A stretch of DNA of 63,944 nucleotides, counting the filler, from Stramenopiles sp. TOSAG23-6 (Eukaryota): assembly GCA_900128565.1 (NCBI GenBank). It is 8 parts of 8 records of this genome, joined end to end, with 100 filler letters (N's around TTAATTAATTAA, not from the genome) between each part and the next. Parts side by side here need not be neighbours in the genome. Positions count along the whole stretch, not along the records: positions 1 to 11,822 come from LT636235.1; positions 11,923 to 23,741 come from LT636236.1; 6 more parts are not named here. The stretch is one strand, 5' to 3'. The stretch's first letter is position 1, and each line of letters starts with the position of its first letter. The translations under genes were made by a program, and so were the position numbers. A model generated the notes under the pieces. It saw only the letters and a list, made by a program, of their open reading frames with translations, ran no database searches and was not told the origin of the DNA. Shown here piece after piece: positions 1 through 11,974 of this stretch.

Positions 1-69
1 TGTTAGGTACAAAATTTCGTACGAAAAAAAAAATTCGATTTTTTTGTTAAAAAAATAAATAAAACATTC
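1..69 (-). mobile_element. Introner-like intron A (partial), apparent GA donor
   Basis: GAT|GAATGTTTT...TTTTCGTACGAAATTTTGTACCTAAC up to the contig end. Confidence 0.65.
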
Positions 70-1450
70 ATCATTATTCACACGTTGGTGGGCAGGAGCG
101 AAAGGAACTCGTGAGAGCGAGGATATCATTTTTGTGGAATGTTTTTTCTCGTTTGGGTTAGGGTTATATGATGTAGACTCTTTATTAGGGTTAGGGGACT
201 GATCTTCTACAATTGATGCTCTTGATAAAATGTATTTTGGAAAAATATTTCAGAAAAAAAATCGTTAGGTACAAAATTTCGTACGAAAAAAACAAATCGA
301 ATTTGAAAAAAAATAAAACGTACATATATTCACCTAAAAACACACCCGATTCTAGTGGCTTTAACAAAAAAAGTATGAAAAGTAATACAAAATATTCAGT
401 TATTCTATAAAAAAAAAGAATATTTGTTGAATAATAATCTTGTTTTCGTGCATGGTGTAGAGTGTTACGATTATATATGAAAAAGTAACCAATCAATAAT
501 GTATATCGAATTGAGCTATCAAAAAAGCATTCAGATTTTTCATTACATGCAGCTCCATTTTGTTTCCCACAAAATGTTGTTGTACAAATCCAACTAAGAC
601 CAATAAAGAGAAGCAAAATTATAGACAAATATACAAAAATGTATGCAATATTGTATGAAAATATCATAAAAAGCAATACTAAATGTACTGTACGGTGACA
701 AAGCTCAAATATTCTAATTATAGCCAATGATGATATAATAAATGTTTTCCCATCATTTTTAGGTTTCGTGCTTTTTCGTATTTCTGTGTCGTGTGAAATA
801 CTGATTTCCTCATTCATTTTACAATGACCAAAAAATTTCAAACTAAACAAATCAAACCACCATAATAAATATAATTCAGCAGATGACGTGTACCAGTCAA
901 GGAGTGTTAAAGCATATACATTGACAGCAAATGATTCAAGTAGTAAAGTCCAAAGTATGAGCTCACTGGATTGTGAAAACATATTTTTTTTAACTCGTTA
1001 CGTACAAAATTTCGTACAAAAACAAAATCAAAATTTAATTTTGAAAACATACGTGGTTGAGGAGGGCGAATAAAGTCCAGATGCTTTAAGTAATAGAAGC
1101 CAAAGTGCAGCTGACGAAATCAATATATTACCACAAAAGCTTAAAGAGATGAGCGGTACAATAAGTGAATTGATAAAAAAGCAAGACTTGTTTTTCTTGT
1201 TTTTACCCAGTAGTACAGACCTCTTACGACAAAAATACCACATTAATAAAATAGTCATAAAAATTACGCATATTGGGAATGTATAAGAAACTATGGACCA
1301 AGCATAAGCTACCATGAAGCTGTCACGGGGATCTGGAATATCCGATGTGTGTAGAATAATCAATGCAATGGTAGATGTAATGGTTATCGAAGAAATTAGA
1401 AATAAAGCAAGTTTCAAAGTCCATCGTCTACTTCCCTCAAGGTTTTGCAT
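70..1450 (-). CDS. Multi-pass membrane protein, 3' end truncated; exons 1053-1450, 324-965, 70-229
   Basis: Hydrophobic ORFs 1028..1450 and 191..982 join in frame once the family introns are removed; the frame continues into 70-229. Confidence 0.7.
230..323 (-). mobile_element. Introner-like intron B, GT-AT, 94 nt
   Basis: AT|GTACGTTTT...core motif...TTTTCCAAAATACAT|TTTA; removal gives an open frame. Confidence 0.8.
966..1052 (-). mobile_element. Introner-like intron C, GT-AG, 87 nt
   Basis: AC|GTATGTTTT...TTTTCACAATCCAG|TGAG; joins two ORFs. Confidence 0.85.
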
Positions 1451-1773
1451 ACTTAGTTATACTATTATAAAATGCACTCTCGTCTGCAAGTCACTCAAAT
1501 ACTGAAAACATATCGAGACTACAATGAATTGACAATAACTGGTAATGATTACTAGAAAAATATTTCTTCTTTGAGTTAAAAAATACTACAGTGAGGAATC
1601 TCTTGAGTCACGAAATCACGTGTTTCGTGTGATGAATGACACGTACCACATCGCAAAAATTGTATTTCCCTTTCTTTCCTTCCTTGAGTGACTGGCTTTT
1701 TGTTGCTTGTGCGTGTCAAGGTACTACAAATAAAATTAGTTAGTCATTACTAATTGGGTTTTAATACCCCATA

Positions 1774-4700
1774 ATGGCAAATGTGGAACTTCCTGGCCTT
1801 TCGTCATTTTGGCAAATGCTGGGTAAGAAACAAAAGCGAGATCTTATGAATGTGCAGCGCACTGCCGTTCTTTCTTATGTCACTTGTACTAATGGCTGTG
1901 GCGAATTACTAGAAGAAAGCTTGGACTACCTCACTCCTCAAATTGAAAATTTGAGTCGCTATATAACTATGCGTCTTCATCGCCTACCGAATGGCGAATT
2001 TAAAGCTGTTTCTTTTAGTAAGGGTATAAAGCCTAAGAAAAATGCGAGTTCTGGTGAACCTTTTGTTGACATCAAGCCGGACTCATTTTCTATTGTTAAC
2101 CCTGAAACTTTTGATCCGACTGCACCACCAGAGAGTTTGACCTTAGAATCGAAGAAGAAACAATTGTGCCTGACTAACAGTGATTCTTCACATACATCTA
2201 ATGACAAGCGTGTAACAGTTTCTAGTATGAATCCAAAAGAACGGAAAAAACATGAAAAGTGGTTAAGGCATTTGGAAAAGCGACAGAAGAAATGTTGTTG
2301 GTATTGTCGAGATAAACTTAACTTACACTTTATTGATATGCTAACTTACCCTCGACCAATAAGACAATTTGATTTGTTGGTCTCTGAATCAAGTAATATT
2401 GGTGATATTCGTGCGTTGATGGCTTCTGAAGTGAATATTGATGTGAATACTTTAATTTTGATATCAAAGGGGAAAAAGTTAGAAGATGACTCGCTAACCC
2501 TAGCCGATTTACGTTTTCGGAATAAACAAACTGTTATTTTATCTAAAACCATGCCTACAAATGCTGGAGGTACTCCAGGTTTGGAAGAAAAGAATAAACA
2601 ATTTGTAGGTGATTTACTATTTGGTCAGGCTGGTGTGGCTTGTGATCTTGGGGAAAGGTACGTTTTCATCATTCATTTTAAATGTTTTTTTCGTAGAAAA
2701 TTTCATACCTAACGATTTTCAAAAAAATATTTTTCACAATTACAGGGATGGGTCTGTTATTGATCGATTTAGAGTGATGCAGGGTAACCAATTATTAGGT
2801 TTAGCTATTGAAAAGGTACTACGTGGTCGTGTTTGTGATGCATGGCAGGCTGAAGTGCTTGCGCGGTCAAATGAATTAGCATGTACGTTTTAATTTTTTG
2901 AAACTCGATTTTTTTTTTGTACGAAATTTTGTACCTAACATTTTTTTTTTGAAATATTTTTCCAAAATACATTATTGAACTCTTTATTGGAGGATAAAAA
3001 GAATGAAATAAAAGACAAGACAAAATCAAATAAGAAGAAGAATAAAAAGAAAAAAGCCCGAGATAAAAAAAGAGATTTGGCAAAAAAGAGACAAAAAGCA
3101 GAAGAAGCTGCGGCAGTCTCTGAAGCACAGAAGAAAATGGAAGCTAAAAAAGCTCGCAAAGCTAGACAAGCTTTACTTAAAAGTGAACAAGAGGAAGCCG
3201 CAAAAGTAGTAAAAGAACGTCTCGAAAAAGAAAATGCAAAAAAACATGAAGAAAGACGTGCAAAAGCTGATGCTTTACGTCTCCAACTTCGAAAAGAAGA
3301 AGAAGAAAGAGTTGAACGTGAAGCGGCTGCATTAGCATTGCAACATATCATGGAAGAGGAGGAGGCTGCAAGAGTAGCAAAGCTTGAAACTGAAGCTAGT
3401 ACGTTTTCATCATGAATTTTATTTTTTTTTTTGGTTTTCATACGAAATTTTGTACCTAACAAAACAATTTTGAGTGTGTTTTTTTTTCACAATTTTATTT
3501 TTTTTTATTATTATGAAATTTTGAACCTAACAAATATTAAAAAAACAATGTGGTATATTTTTCACAGTGCATGGCGGAAAGAAAAGAAAAAAACAAAAAA
3601 AGCGTTAAAAAAGAAAATGTTTGAAGAGCAACAACAACAACAAAAACAAAAACAACAACAACAACAACAACAAAAACAACAACAATTCCACTTACAAAAG
3701 AATATTTCATCTAGCTGGGATAAAAACGTTGCACGAAATAGACCTGTGGCATCTGAAGAGTGGGAGAAATCTAGAGTTATCAAATGTAGTTCTTGTGGTA
3801 CATTAAATAAAACATCCGGGAATTTTTGCAGTAATTGTGGGACTCGATTACCTACTTCTCCAACACAACAACAAAGTTCGTTTTCTTCTCCACCACAACA
3901 ACAAAGTTCGTTTTCTTCACCACCACAACAACAAAGTACTATGACGAGAAATAAGGAACTTTTACAGTCTCAGGTACAAATTCCTACGAATGAATCTTTA
4001 GAACGAAATGATCGAAATGATTTATTTATTCTTCAGCAACAACAACAGCAAGCTTTGATTCAGCAACGACAATTGGCGATTCTTCGACGTCAACAACAAC
4101 AACAACAGCAACAACAACGTAAAACACAGCAATCTCAAAAAGGAATTTGGAATATGTCCAATCATCCAACGGCTTCCGCTATTAGTAGAACCGTAAACCC
4201 TAACCCGAATCATCAAGCGACTTCCGATATGAATAGGCCGAATCTTTTTCCACCTGGTTTTCCTTTGAAGAATAATGTTGGTGGATCTTTGGTGAATGCA
4301 AATTCTTCCATAATAGGAGGCTTTACAAATGAAAACAGTGTGATGAAATCTTCTGGTATTATTGGACATCGAATAAAAAGTGATGATGTTAGTCGTATAA
4401 ATGCTAATAAAGCGTTTAGGAATCATGGACTTGGTACTGCGCCCTTAGTCCAATATCCTATTGGCAACACTAGAAATTCAAATAAGAATAATCTTATTCC
4501 TAATCCTAACCCTAACCCGAATCCTATTGGCAACACTAGAAATTCAAATAAGAATAATCTTATTCCTAATCCTACAGCTGCGCTATTATTACCAACTTCT
4601 TTACGATCTGTATCGACAGGTCTACGTATGTTTTATATGAATTTCTAATTTAATTTTTCATACGAAATTTCGTACCTAACAAATTTTAGTTTTTTTTTTT

Positions 4701-5131
4701 AAATATTTTTTCACAATACATCTACTAGTCTATCTACTAGTCCAAAACATGATGCTGTACTCCCATTCTTTGAGCAGATGCGTTCTGGGAAAACATCTCA
4801 ACAGTATAATAGTTCGTTTTCTAGAAGAGACGATCCAGTCCATGCCCCGGTTAGATCTCCGGGTAGAGGAGTAAAAGATTTGTCACTCAATCTTGGGAAT
4901 GAGGGGATGGGTACTCAACAAATTGGAAATTCACTAGGTACGAAGTTTGGTACGAACTCAATTTCGAATATTGGTGTCCAATTGAATGCTCCGGTTGGGA
5001 ATATTGGTAATATTGGTGTTCCAGTGAATAATGCGTTATGTGATGATGTTACTACTAGGCAAGAGCCATTTGATCCAAAATTATTGAGCGTACCATTAGA
5101 TCAGTTAAAATACAATAGTCTTTTCTTTTGA
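1774..5131 (+). CDS. Ubiquitin-like domain, coiled-coil, zinc-ribbon, Gln-rich protein; exons 1774-2657, 2746-2882, 2973-3398, 3573-4625, 4722-5131
   Basis: Five ORFs join into one after removing four family introns; UBL-like LISKGKKLEDDSLTLADL, CxxC-CxxC ribbon, polyQ. Confidence 0.75.
2658..2745 (+). mobile_element. Introner-like intron D, GT-AG, 88 nt
   Basis: AG|GTACGTTTT...TACCTAAC...TTTTCACAATTACAG|GG. Confidence 0.88.
2883..2972 (+). mobile_element. Introner-like intron E, GT-AT, 90 nt
   Basis: GCAT|GTACGTTTT...TTTTCCAAAATACAT|TA; gives ELALLNSLL. Confidence 0.85.
3399..3572 (+). mobile_element. Introner-like intron F with internal duplication, GT-AT, 174 nt
   Basis: Two core/branch motifs; removal gives ETEARRKEKKK. 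Confidence 0.75.
4626..4721 (+). mobile_element. Introner-like intron G, GT-AT, 96 nt
   Basis: AC|GTATGTTTT...TTTTCACAATACAT|CT. Confidence 0.82.
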
Positions 5132-5310
5132 AATCATAATAAATCATAAAAAAAACAATACAATAGTCTTTTATTTTGTTAAACTCTTTACAATCTAAAT
5201 TTCACTACTTCATTTTACATTCCTATTATTATACATATTTTTACAACATTTGGTACGGATTAAATTTCGAAATTGATGAGTTCCGCATACAAAGACAAAC
5301 TCGTGATCAT

Positions 5311-8300
5311 TCAATACTCTGGGTTCCAAACCTTTTGGACTACTTCGGGTATGAATGAACTCGATGTTGAATCTAATTTTGGGGCTTTTTGCTTGTCATA
5401 CCAATTAGGATTAGAATTTGACATTGATGGATTTTGGAAAAATATTTAAATTTTGTTTTTGTTAGGTACAAAATTTCGTATGAAAACAAAATTCAAATTT
5501 GAAAAAAATTAAAACATACATGGATTGGATAGCGACCCGTTCGATACGTCACTCTGGCGACGAGAATGATCCCATTGATTAGTTTCACAGTGATTACCAT
5601 ACTGAGTATTTGAATATATATTCGTATTATAATTCATTTTAGACTTATGTTGCGGAAATCCTAAATCGTTCGCAGTATGACCAAATCCTTTAGAAGACGA
5701 ATATACACCAATAGATCGCCCACTAGACTGTATATTAGTTGAGTGTGAATTGTGTTGATGATAGGAAGGATAACTCCCTCTAAGGCTTTCATGATGATAT
5801 TGGCCCTGATTTTGATTATAAGAGGCATTCTGACTATTACAAAAACTAGACGATGTACCGTAACTATCACTGTGATCATTATTTCCATAATATTGTTCAT
5901 TCCTCCAAGTTTGAATATTATTAGAATGACTATTCCCACCAACTTCCTTTCGATACTGATAATCATTTCGATGGTCGTTTCGATGATATTGGTCAATCCC
6001 AGCATTAGTATTAGTGTTATGCGAACGAAAATTGAAATTACTTCTCTGAGAATTTTGATAATGATAATTATTAGAGTTAGTGTGATTATTACGATTTCTT
6101 CGACGATTCTCAAAACTTCCTCCTCCACGATACCCACCTCCACTATTTATTGAACTTTGGTCTCTGTTGTTTCTACTATAATGTGAGCGATCAACCTTGG
6201 AGCGATATGATCGATTCTCGTTATAGGACGAATTAGAAGACTTCATATCTTGTGCCCTAGGAAGACTTGGAGTATACTTTTTCATATGTTCAGTAGCATA
6301 TTGACATCCCTCGGGAAAGCCCCAGTATCGAAGCTTAATTTTTTTTCCTGATATAATAATTGAATTATTATTATTGAAACGATTCAATGCTTCTTTAGGT
6401 CCTCGGGAGTTTTGATAATGAGCAATACTAAATCCGTGTTCTATAAAATTTTCAACAGAAACCGCATGCTTAAAAATAATCTTTAGTAAACTAATTTCTG
6501 TATTCTGAGGGATATTGCCAATATACAGACAATTTGCAGAAGTATATCTTTGAGACGTTGAAGTATCTCCAACGGAAGAGGTCTTAGATAAAGGCTGAAT
6601 ATCTTCACCAAGTCCTTTCGCTTTCAGACAAATTTCCTTGTGCTCGCGAAAAATCGCCAATGCATTTTCTTTCATACTCATTTCACCAAGTACAAAATTT
6701 GGCCATGAGCCCTTAGGTCCATACTCTTGGCTGTAACGATTTGTTGCCAATACAACAGATTTCACTGCTCTGGCAATTGCACCATCTGTTAGATAAGTCA
6801 TTTCACCATCTTCGCTCACAGCTGCACGGATTCTTTGTTCAGTATAGCCTTTATTTACATCTACTGGTAATATGTTTAAGAGATCATTTGTTTGAGACGT
6901 GATAAATGAGTGTAAATTTCCTGCATCGTATATTTGAGCCTCGAAATCAGCGTATTTGGCTGTTCCAGAAGACCATTCTTTAGGTGGATGATTCTCGTTC
7001 CAGTGGGGAGTGTAATATGTTGTATTACCAGGGAAAAAATCTCCTCCACGAATTCCAGGATTCAAAACACATTTCACAAATTCATTAAATGAAGATATAG
7101 GTTGAGCTCCGCATTCTACAAGTGCCCAAAAAAGTGCATTTTGTACATTTATTCTAGTCTGAGGGGAAAGAGATGTTGAATTTTTTGACCCTTCTACATT
7201 TTTTGAATTAATATCTGTAGAATTTGATGAAGCAGGCTCGTTTACTCCAATTACAATCTGATTCTTTGGACTAGTTTTCACCATTGTTTGATATGGATTA
7301 TGAGCATCTGTATCATCAAATATTGATTTCGAAGATGACTTTGAAGCATTATTAATCGTAGTATTCATATAGGGAGGAGCTTCAGAAAATGATTCAGTAT
7401 TATTTCGATCTCTTGTCGTCGTATTCATGTAGGACAAAGATTCAGAAAATGATTCGGTATTATTTCGATTCATAATTTCATTTTGTGTCTCCTTGGTATT
7501 ATTTGGACCTACTGATTCAGTATTTAAACCTACATGTGTCTCATTTATATCAACATCAATCATACCATTTTTTTTAGAATCTTTCTTTTCTTCAAGTTTA
7601 CTCAAAACACCTTCAATTCGTTTTGAGAAATCGATCGACTTATCGAGCACTTCTTCTTCGTTATACCATTTAGCCTTTAGTAAAGGGTTATTCTTTTCAT
7701 TTACCGATAGATATGGCCAACGCTCGCCAGTAAGGGCTTCAATGAGTAAATCGCCGCGATCTCGACTAGATACTTCCAGAGTACAACTAAGAAAATTGCT
7801 ATTATCATACGGCTCTTCTATAAGCTGAACATTACCAAAACTTCCAAATGCACGAATTACTTGATGTTGAGAGGTCTTCGGGGGTAATCTCATAATGAGA
7901 ATCTTCTCTATCTTTTCAGAAGGACTTATATCATTCACAGTTGCTTTCTTTGTCACACTTACTTTATTTATCGTATTGTAAGCACCACCAATAGCACGTA
8001 AGGCAGACATAGAAGCGAGTTGAGCTGTTGATGATGCCAAGAGTGATGCAGACTTTGCACGTTCCATCTGCATAGCTACTGCGGCCGCGGCTTCTTTCTC
8101 TTTATCTCTCAAAATCGACGCAGCATTAGACGCGTTTAATGCTTTCCCAGCAGCTCTGAATGCAAAATGTGTTGCAAGACTTGATACAGAAGTTGCTAAA
8201 GATGATGCTGATGCTGCTTTGGCTGCTTCTAATTTTTCTAACTCGCGTTTTTTTAAAGCCTCTTCTTCCATTTGTTTTTGTAAAGCCTCTTCTTCCATTT

Positions 8301-11300
8301 GTTTTTTCAAAGCCTCTTCTTCCATTTGTTTTTTCAAAGCCTCGTCTTCCAATTGTTTTTTTCGAATTTTTTCAATCTTCGAACGCTGGATAGAACGAGA
8401 AGCACGATCAGAAGATCGAGATGCAGAACTAGATGCACTAAACGCTACTGATACTGCGTTTCGATTTGCCATCAATGATTCACGTTCTGCTACCTCAGCT
8501 TTCTTCTTAGCAATAGCAGCCGCACGTTTAGTCGCATCGGCAAGTTTCTTTAAAGCGTCATCTTTTTGTTTTTGTGCCTCTTCTACCGCAATTTGAGCTT
8601 CCGCTTCACGTTTCGCAGACTCAATTAGTTCTAATTCAGCTAAGCGACGTTTTTCTACAGCAAGTAGTTTTGCTTTACTTCGCTCAACTTTTTCAAATTC
8701 GCGATTTCTTTCTTCTTCACTTTTGTCATATTTAGCACTTTTTGCGGCTTTCACTGCAATCGCTTTTGCAATACACGCGAATTTTGCTGCATTAATTGCA
8801 ATAACACTCGCTAAACCTGCAATTCTAGATATTTCGCGTTCTTTTTTTAGCCTTGCCTCTTTTTGTTCTTTCGCTTTTTCAGCTGCCATTCTATCTTTTT
8901 TTTGCTTGAGTTTTTCCTTCTTCTTTTCAATTTTAGCTTTTCGTTTTTCCTCTTCAGCTAACAATTCTTTTTCAGCAAGGCTCGCTTTACTGGAAACGAC
9001 AGTTGGTCTGCCCGTAGTTTTGTCTTTTTTCTTGCCTCGTTTCTTCTTCTTTTTCATCTCAACAACCTTATTGCTAAGAAACTTTATGATATTCTCCTGT
9101 ACTTCATTACAATTATTATTTTCATTCCGCCTCGCATGCCAAAGAGCGGTATGTTTTTCGTCGTCGACGCGATCTATTCTAGCACCACTTTCAACTAATA
9201 ATTTCACGACACCAAATGAACCTGAAATACATGCAAGCATCAGACACGTATAGCCTATCGAGTTAACATAATTAATCTCAGCGCCGGATGAAATTAGTTT
9301 TTCCACAGTAGCAATAAAATGACCATTATCTGGATTTCCCATGCAAGCATTACCAAGAGCTGTATTCCCCAACACATCAACATCATCAATATTTTCATTA
9401 TCTATTTTAGATATAATAATATCAACAATTTCATCACGGCCATACCTAGCTGCATCCATTAATGCACTGTATTCATTATCAGTACATTTTATTTCTCCAC
9501 AGTCCGCACCAAAATCATTAATTAGCATTCGTACAATATCTGAACGGCCATACTGTATAGCATATGACAATACAGTACGCCGTTTATGATTGAACATATT
9601 TACACTAAAACCACAAGCTAAAATCACACGACATTGTGTTTCCACCCTTTTTAGATTTCCTTGTTCGATAGCATTAAAAATTGATACTTTAGCAGGATAT
9701 CCATGTAGTGAAGCTAATACAGACAACCTCTTCATCTTGTAGATTTCCGCGTCAAAGACGTTTTTGATTCCATCGGTGTCGAGAGTAGCATTTTCTCGCG
9801 CAAAATGAATCGTTTGTGAGAGACGTTTTAAAGAAAAACTTGACATATTATTTTTCCAAAATTCATTTTGAACTTTTTGTTGTTGGGCATATATCGTGGA
9901 TTTTGATGATGATCCAAACAAACAACACAAAGAGTGTTCTTCACAAGACCCTAGTATTTTATCTATTAAACCATCAGAGAGAGAAAATCCTTGATAAGCA
10001 AAAAGACAACGAAGAAGAGCAGAAAATAATAAAGTACGACGAGATGCCGCAACGTCTTCAGTGACTTTGGGATCACGAAGCTTTTCTTTATTCTCTCTCT
10101 TCTTTGCATCTGTTTTATCTCTACTTTTAGATTCATCATTGTCTTCGGATTTTTCTTTTGACTTTTCTTTCCCGTCTTTAGACGTTTCATCTTTATTTTT
10201 AAAAGATTTTGTGTTTTCCTTAGATTCTTTTTCTTTTCTATCCATTTCACCCTTTTCAATAGAATCATCATTTGTATTATTTTCTGATGTTTCCTTTTTT
10301 TTNAATGCTTCTTTCACATCTTTTTCTGTGAGTGTATTTACCTCCGTATATCCATTCCGATAAATAAATATTCGTGTAAAATCATCAGCTTTTGAAGAAT
10401 CGAGAGAATCTTGTACTGAATTAATAATTTCATTATCCTTTTTTGTCACAAATACGAAATCAGATAATGTTGAGACAGGTAATCCTATTATACACTCATG
10501 TAGAGATTTAGCACCAAAAATATATTTGAATATTGAATTCACATCCAAATTTAGAGAATATTTACCAATTGATAATTTAGTATTTGCGCGTTTAGTACGC
10601 CAAAGACAATACTTTTGAAGTACCTCCATCATTTTTCTCACATTACGGACATAATCACTATAAATAGACGAAACATTTCGATTTCGATATTTTTCCAAAA
10701 CTTGACCTATTTCAGCATCTGTGGCAATATCGGACATAATCACACCACTACTGATACAATTATAACCATCGCTGGACATTGTTAAAAATTCACTTGGGGT
10801 ATAATAATGGGTTTCAGAGCAGCTATCATTATAAAAAAGGCACGCTTTCAAACAACTTTTAATGATGGTATGTATCAATTTTGTAATTTCCTCTGATTTT
10901 GTTTTACATTTTAGTAATTGTAAAATCCAATAGAAATAAGACACCCACGAGTATCGAAGCAACATATTAGAGTTTTGTTCAAAATGTAATCGTATATCTT
11001 TCCATATATACTCACAATCGGGAGTTGCTATTGGCGAATACGAAACTTTTACTTTTGTACCATCATTTACAGATTCGACATCTGATGGAGGTATATAAAT
11101 ACCGCGCAGCGAATTCTCTCTAATAGATTCTGTGAGAGAATCTTCGATCTTATTTATATGACCTTCCACAAGTAAAATAGAAACAAACACTGAGATGATT
11201 GTCCTTTCCTTTTCGCTATTTTTTGGGGTTGTAGGAACAAAATATTTATTTGAAGTTTCTTTTTTCTCACGGGCAAGGATAGCTCCTGCTACACCAGTCT

Positions 11301-11766
11301 TTACCATGTATTGTGAAAAAACATTTTTTTTGATTTTTTTTTTGTTAGGTACGAAATTTCGTACGAAAAAAAAATTTAGATAAAAATTTGAAAAAAATAA
11401 AACATGCATGTGAACACTTCGACTTAGAACACTAACAGACTCTCGAATTTCATGTACGGTGGAAAAAGATTTCAAAATTTTTAAATTAGTTAGGTACAGA
11501 TTTTTTTACGAAAAGAAAAAAATAAAAAAAAAATAAATTAGAAATCGAAAACGTACATCATCTTTCAACATTTCTGATCCTTCTCCTTTTTCAATTTCTT
11601 GCATACCTTCATCAATAGATTGAGCAAGAAAAGAACCATAATTGTCACATGATGTTATTATGGCCTCAACACCATCAATTTTAACCTCCCAGTCTTCTAG
11701 AACAATATCATCAAACAAATCGTGAAACTCAGAAGAATCGAGAATTTTCTGAGTGATATAACGATG
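5311..11766 (-). CDS. Large ankyrin-repeat, coiled-coil, RRM-containing protein, 5' truncated; exons 11557-11766, 11408-11451, 5520-11305, 5311-5426
   Basis: Ankyrin repeats (TVLSYAIQYGRSDIVRMLI), RRM-like CLYIGNIP; 1988-aa ORF extended through family introns. Confidence 0.8.
5427..5519 (-). mobile_element. Introner-like intron H, GT-AT, 93 nt
   Basis: CCAT|GTATGTTTT...TTTTCCAAAATCCAT|CAATG. Confidence 0.78.
11306..11407 (-). mobile_element. Introner-like intron I, GC-AT, 102 nt
   Basis: CACAT|GCATGTTTT...TTTTCACAATACAT|GG. Confidence 0.8.
11452..11556 (-). mobile_element. Introner-like intron J, GT-AT, 105 nt
   Basis: GAT|GTACGTTTT...TACCTAAC...TTTTCCACCGTACAT|GAA. Confidence 0.8.
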
Positions 11767-11822
11767 ATGTATTTTGGAAAAATATTTCAAAAAAAATCTA
11801 AAAAAAATTGTTAGGTACAAAA
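11767..11822 (-). mobile_element. Introner-like intron K (3' part, ends AT)
   Basis: TTGTACCTAAC...TTTTCCAAAATACAT at contig end. Confidence 0.75.
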
Positions 11823-11922
11823 NNNNNNNNNNNNNNNNNNNNNNNNNNNNNNNNNNNNNNNNNNNNTTAATTAATTAANNNNNNNNNNNNNNNNNNNNNN
11901 NNNNNNNNNNNNNNNNNNNNNN
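11823..11922. other. Artificial contig linker (also 23742-23841, 35651-35750, 47546-47645, 59438-59537, 60941-61040, 62444-62543)
   Basis: Identical N44-TTAATTAATTAA-N44 with stops in all six frames; contigs in decreasing length. Confidence 0.97.
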
Positions 11923-11974
11923 TTCGTACGAAAAATAAATTCGATTTTTTTGTAAAAAAAAAAATAAAACATAC
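11923..11974 (-). mobile_element. Introner-like intron L (5' part)
   Basis: GGAT|GTATGTTTT...TTTTTCGTACGAA at contig end. Confidence 0.75.

Noticed and set aside
2881-2970. U12-type AT-AC introns
   Set aside because: No RTATCCTT donor, branch distance is long, and copies C, D, F, G, M and T do not fit that register
3431-3572. Recurring peptides such as FFVRNFVPN and SYEILYLT in many ORFs
   Set aside because: Translations of the intron core, not a protein domain
11867-11878. Repeated TTAATTAATTAA motif
   Set aside because: Artificial linker between contigs; adjacency across linkers carries no meaning
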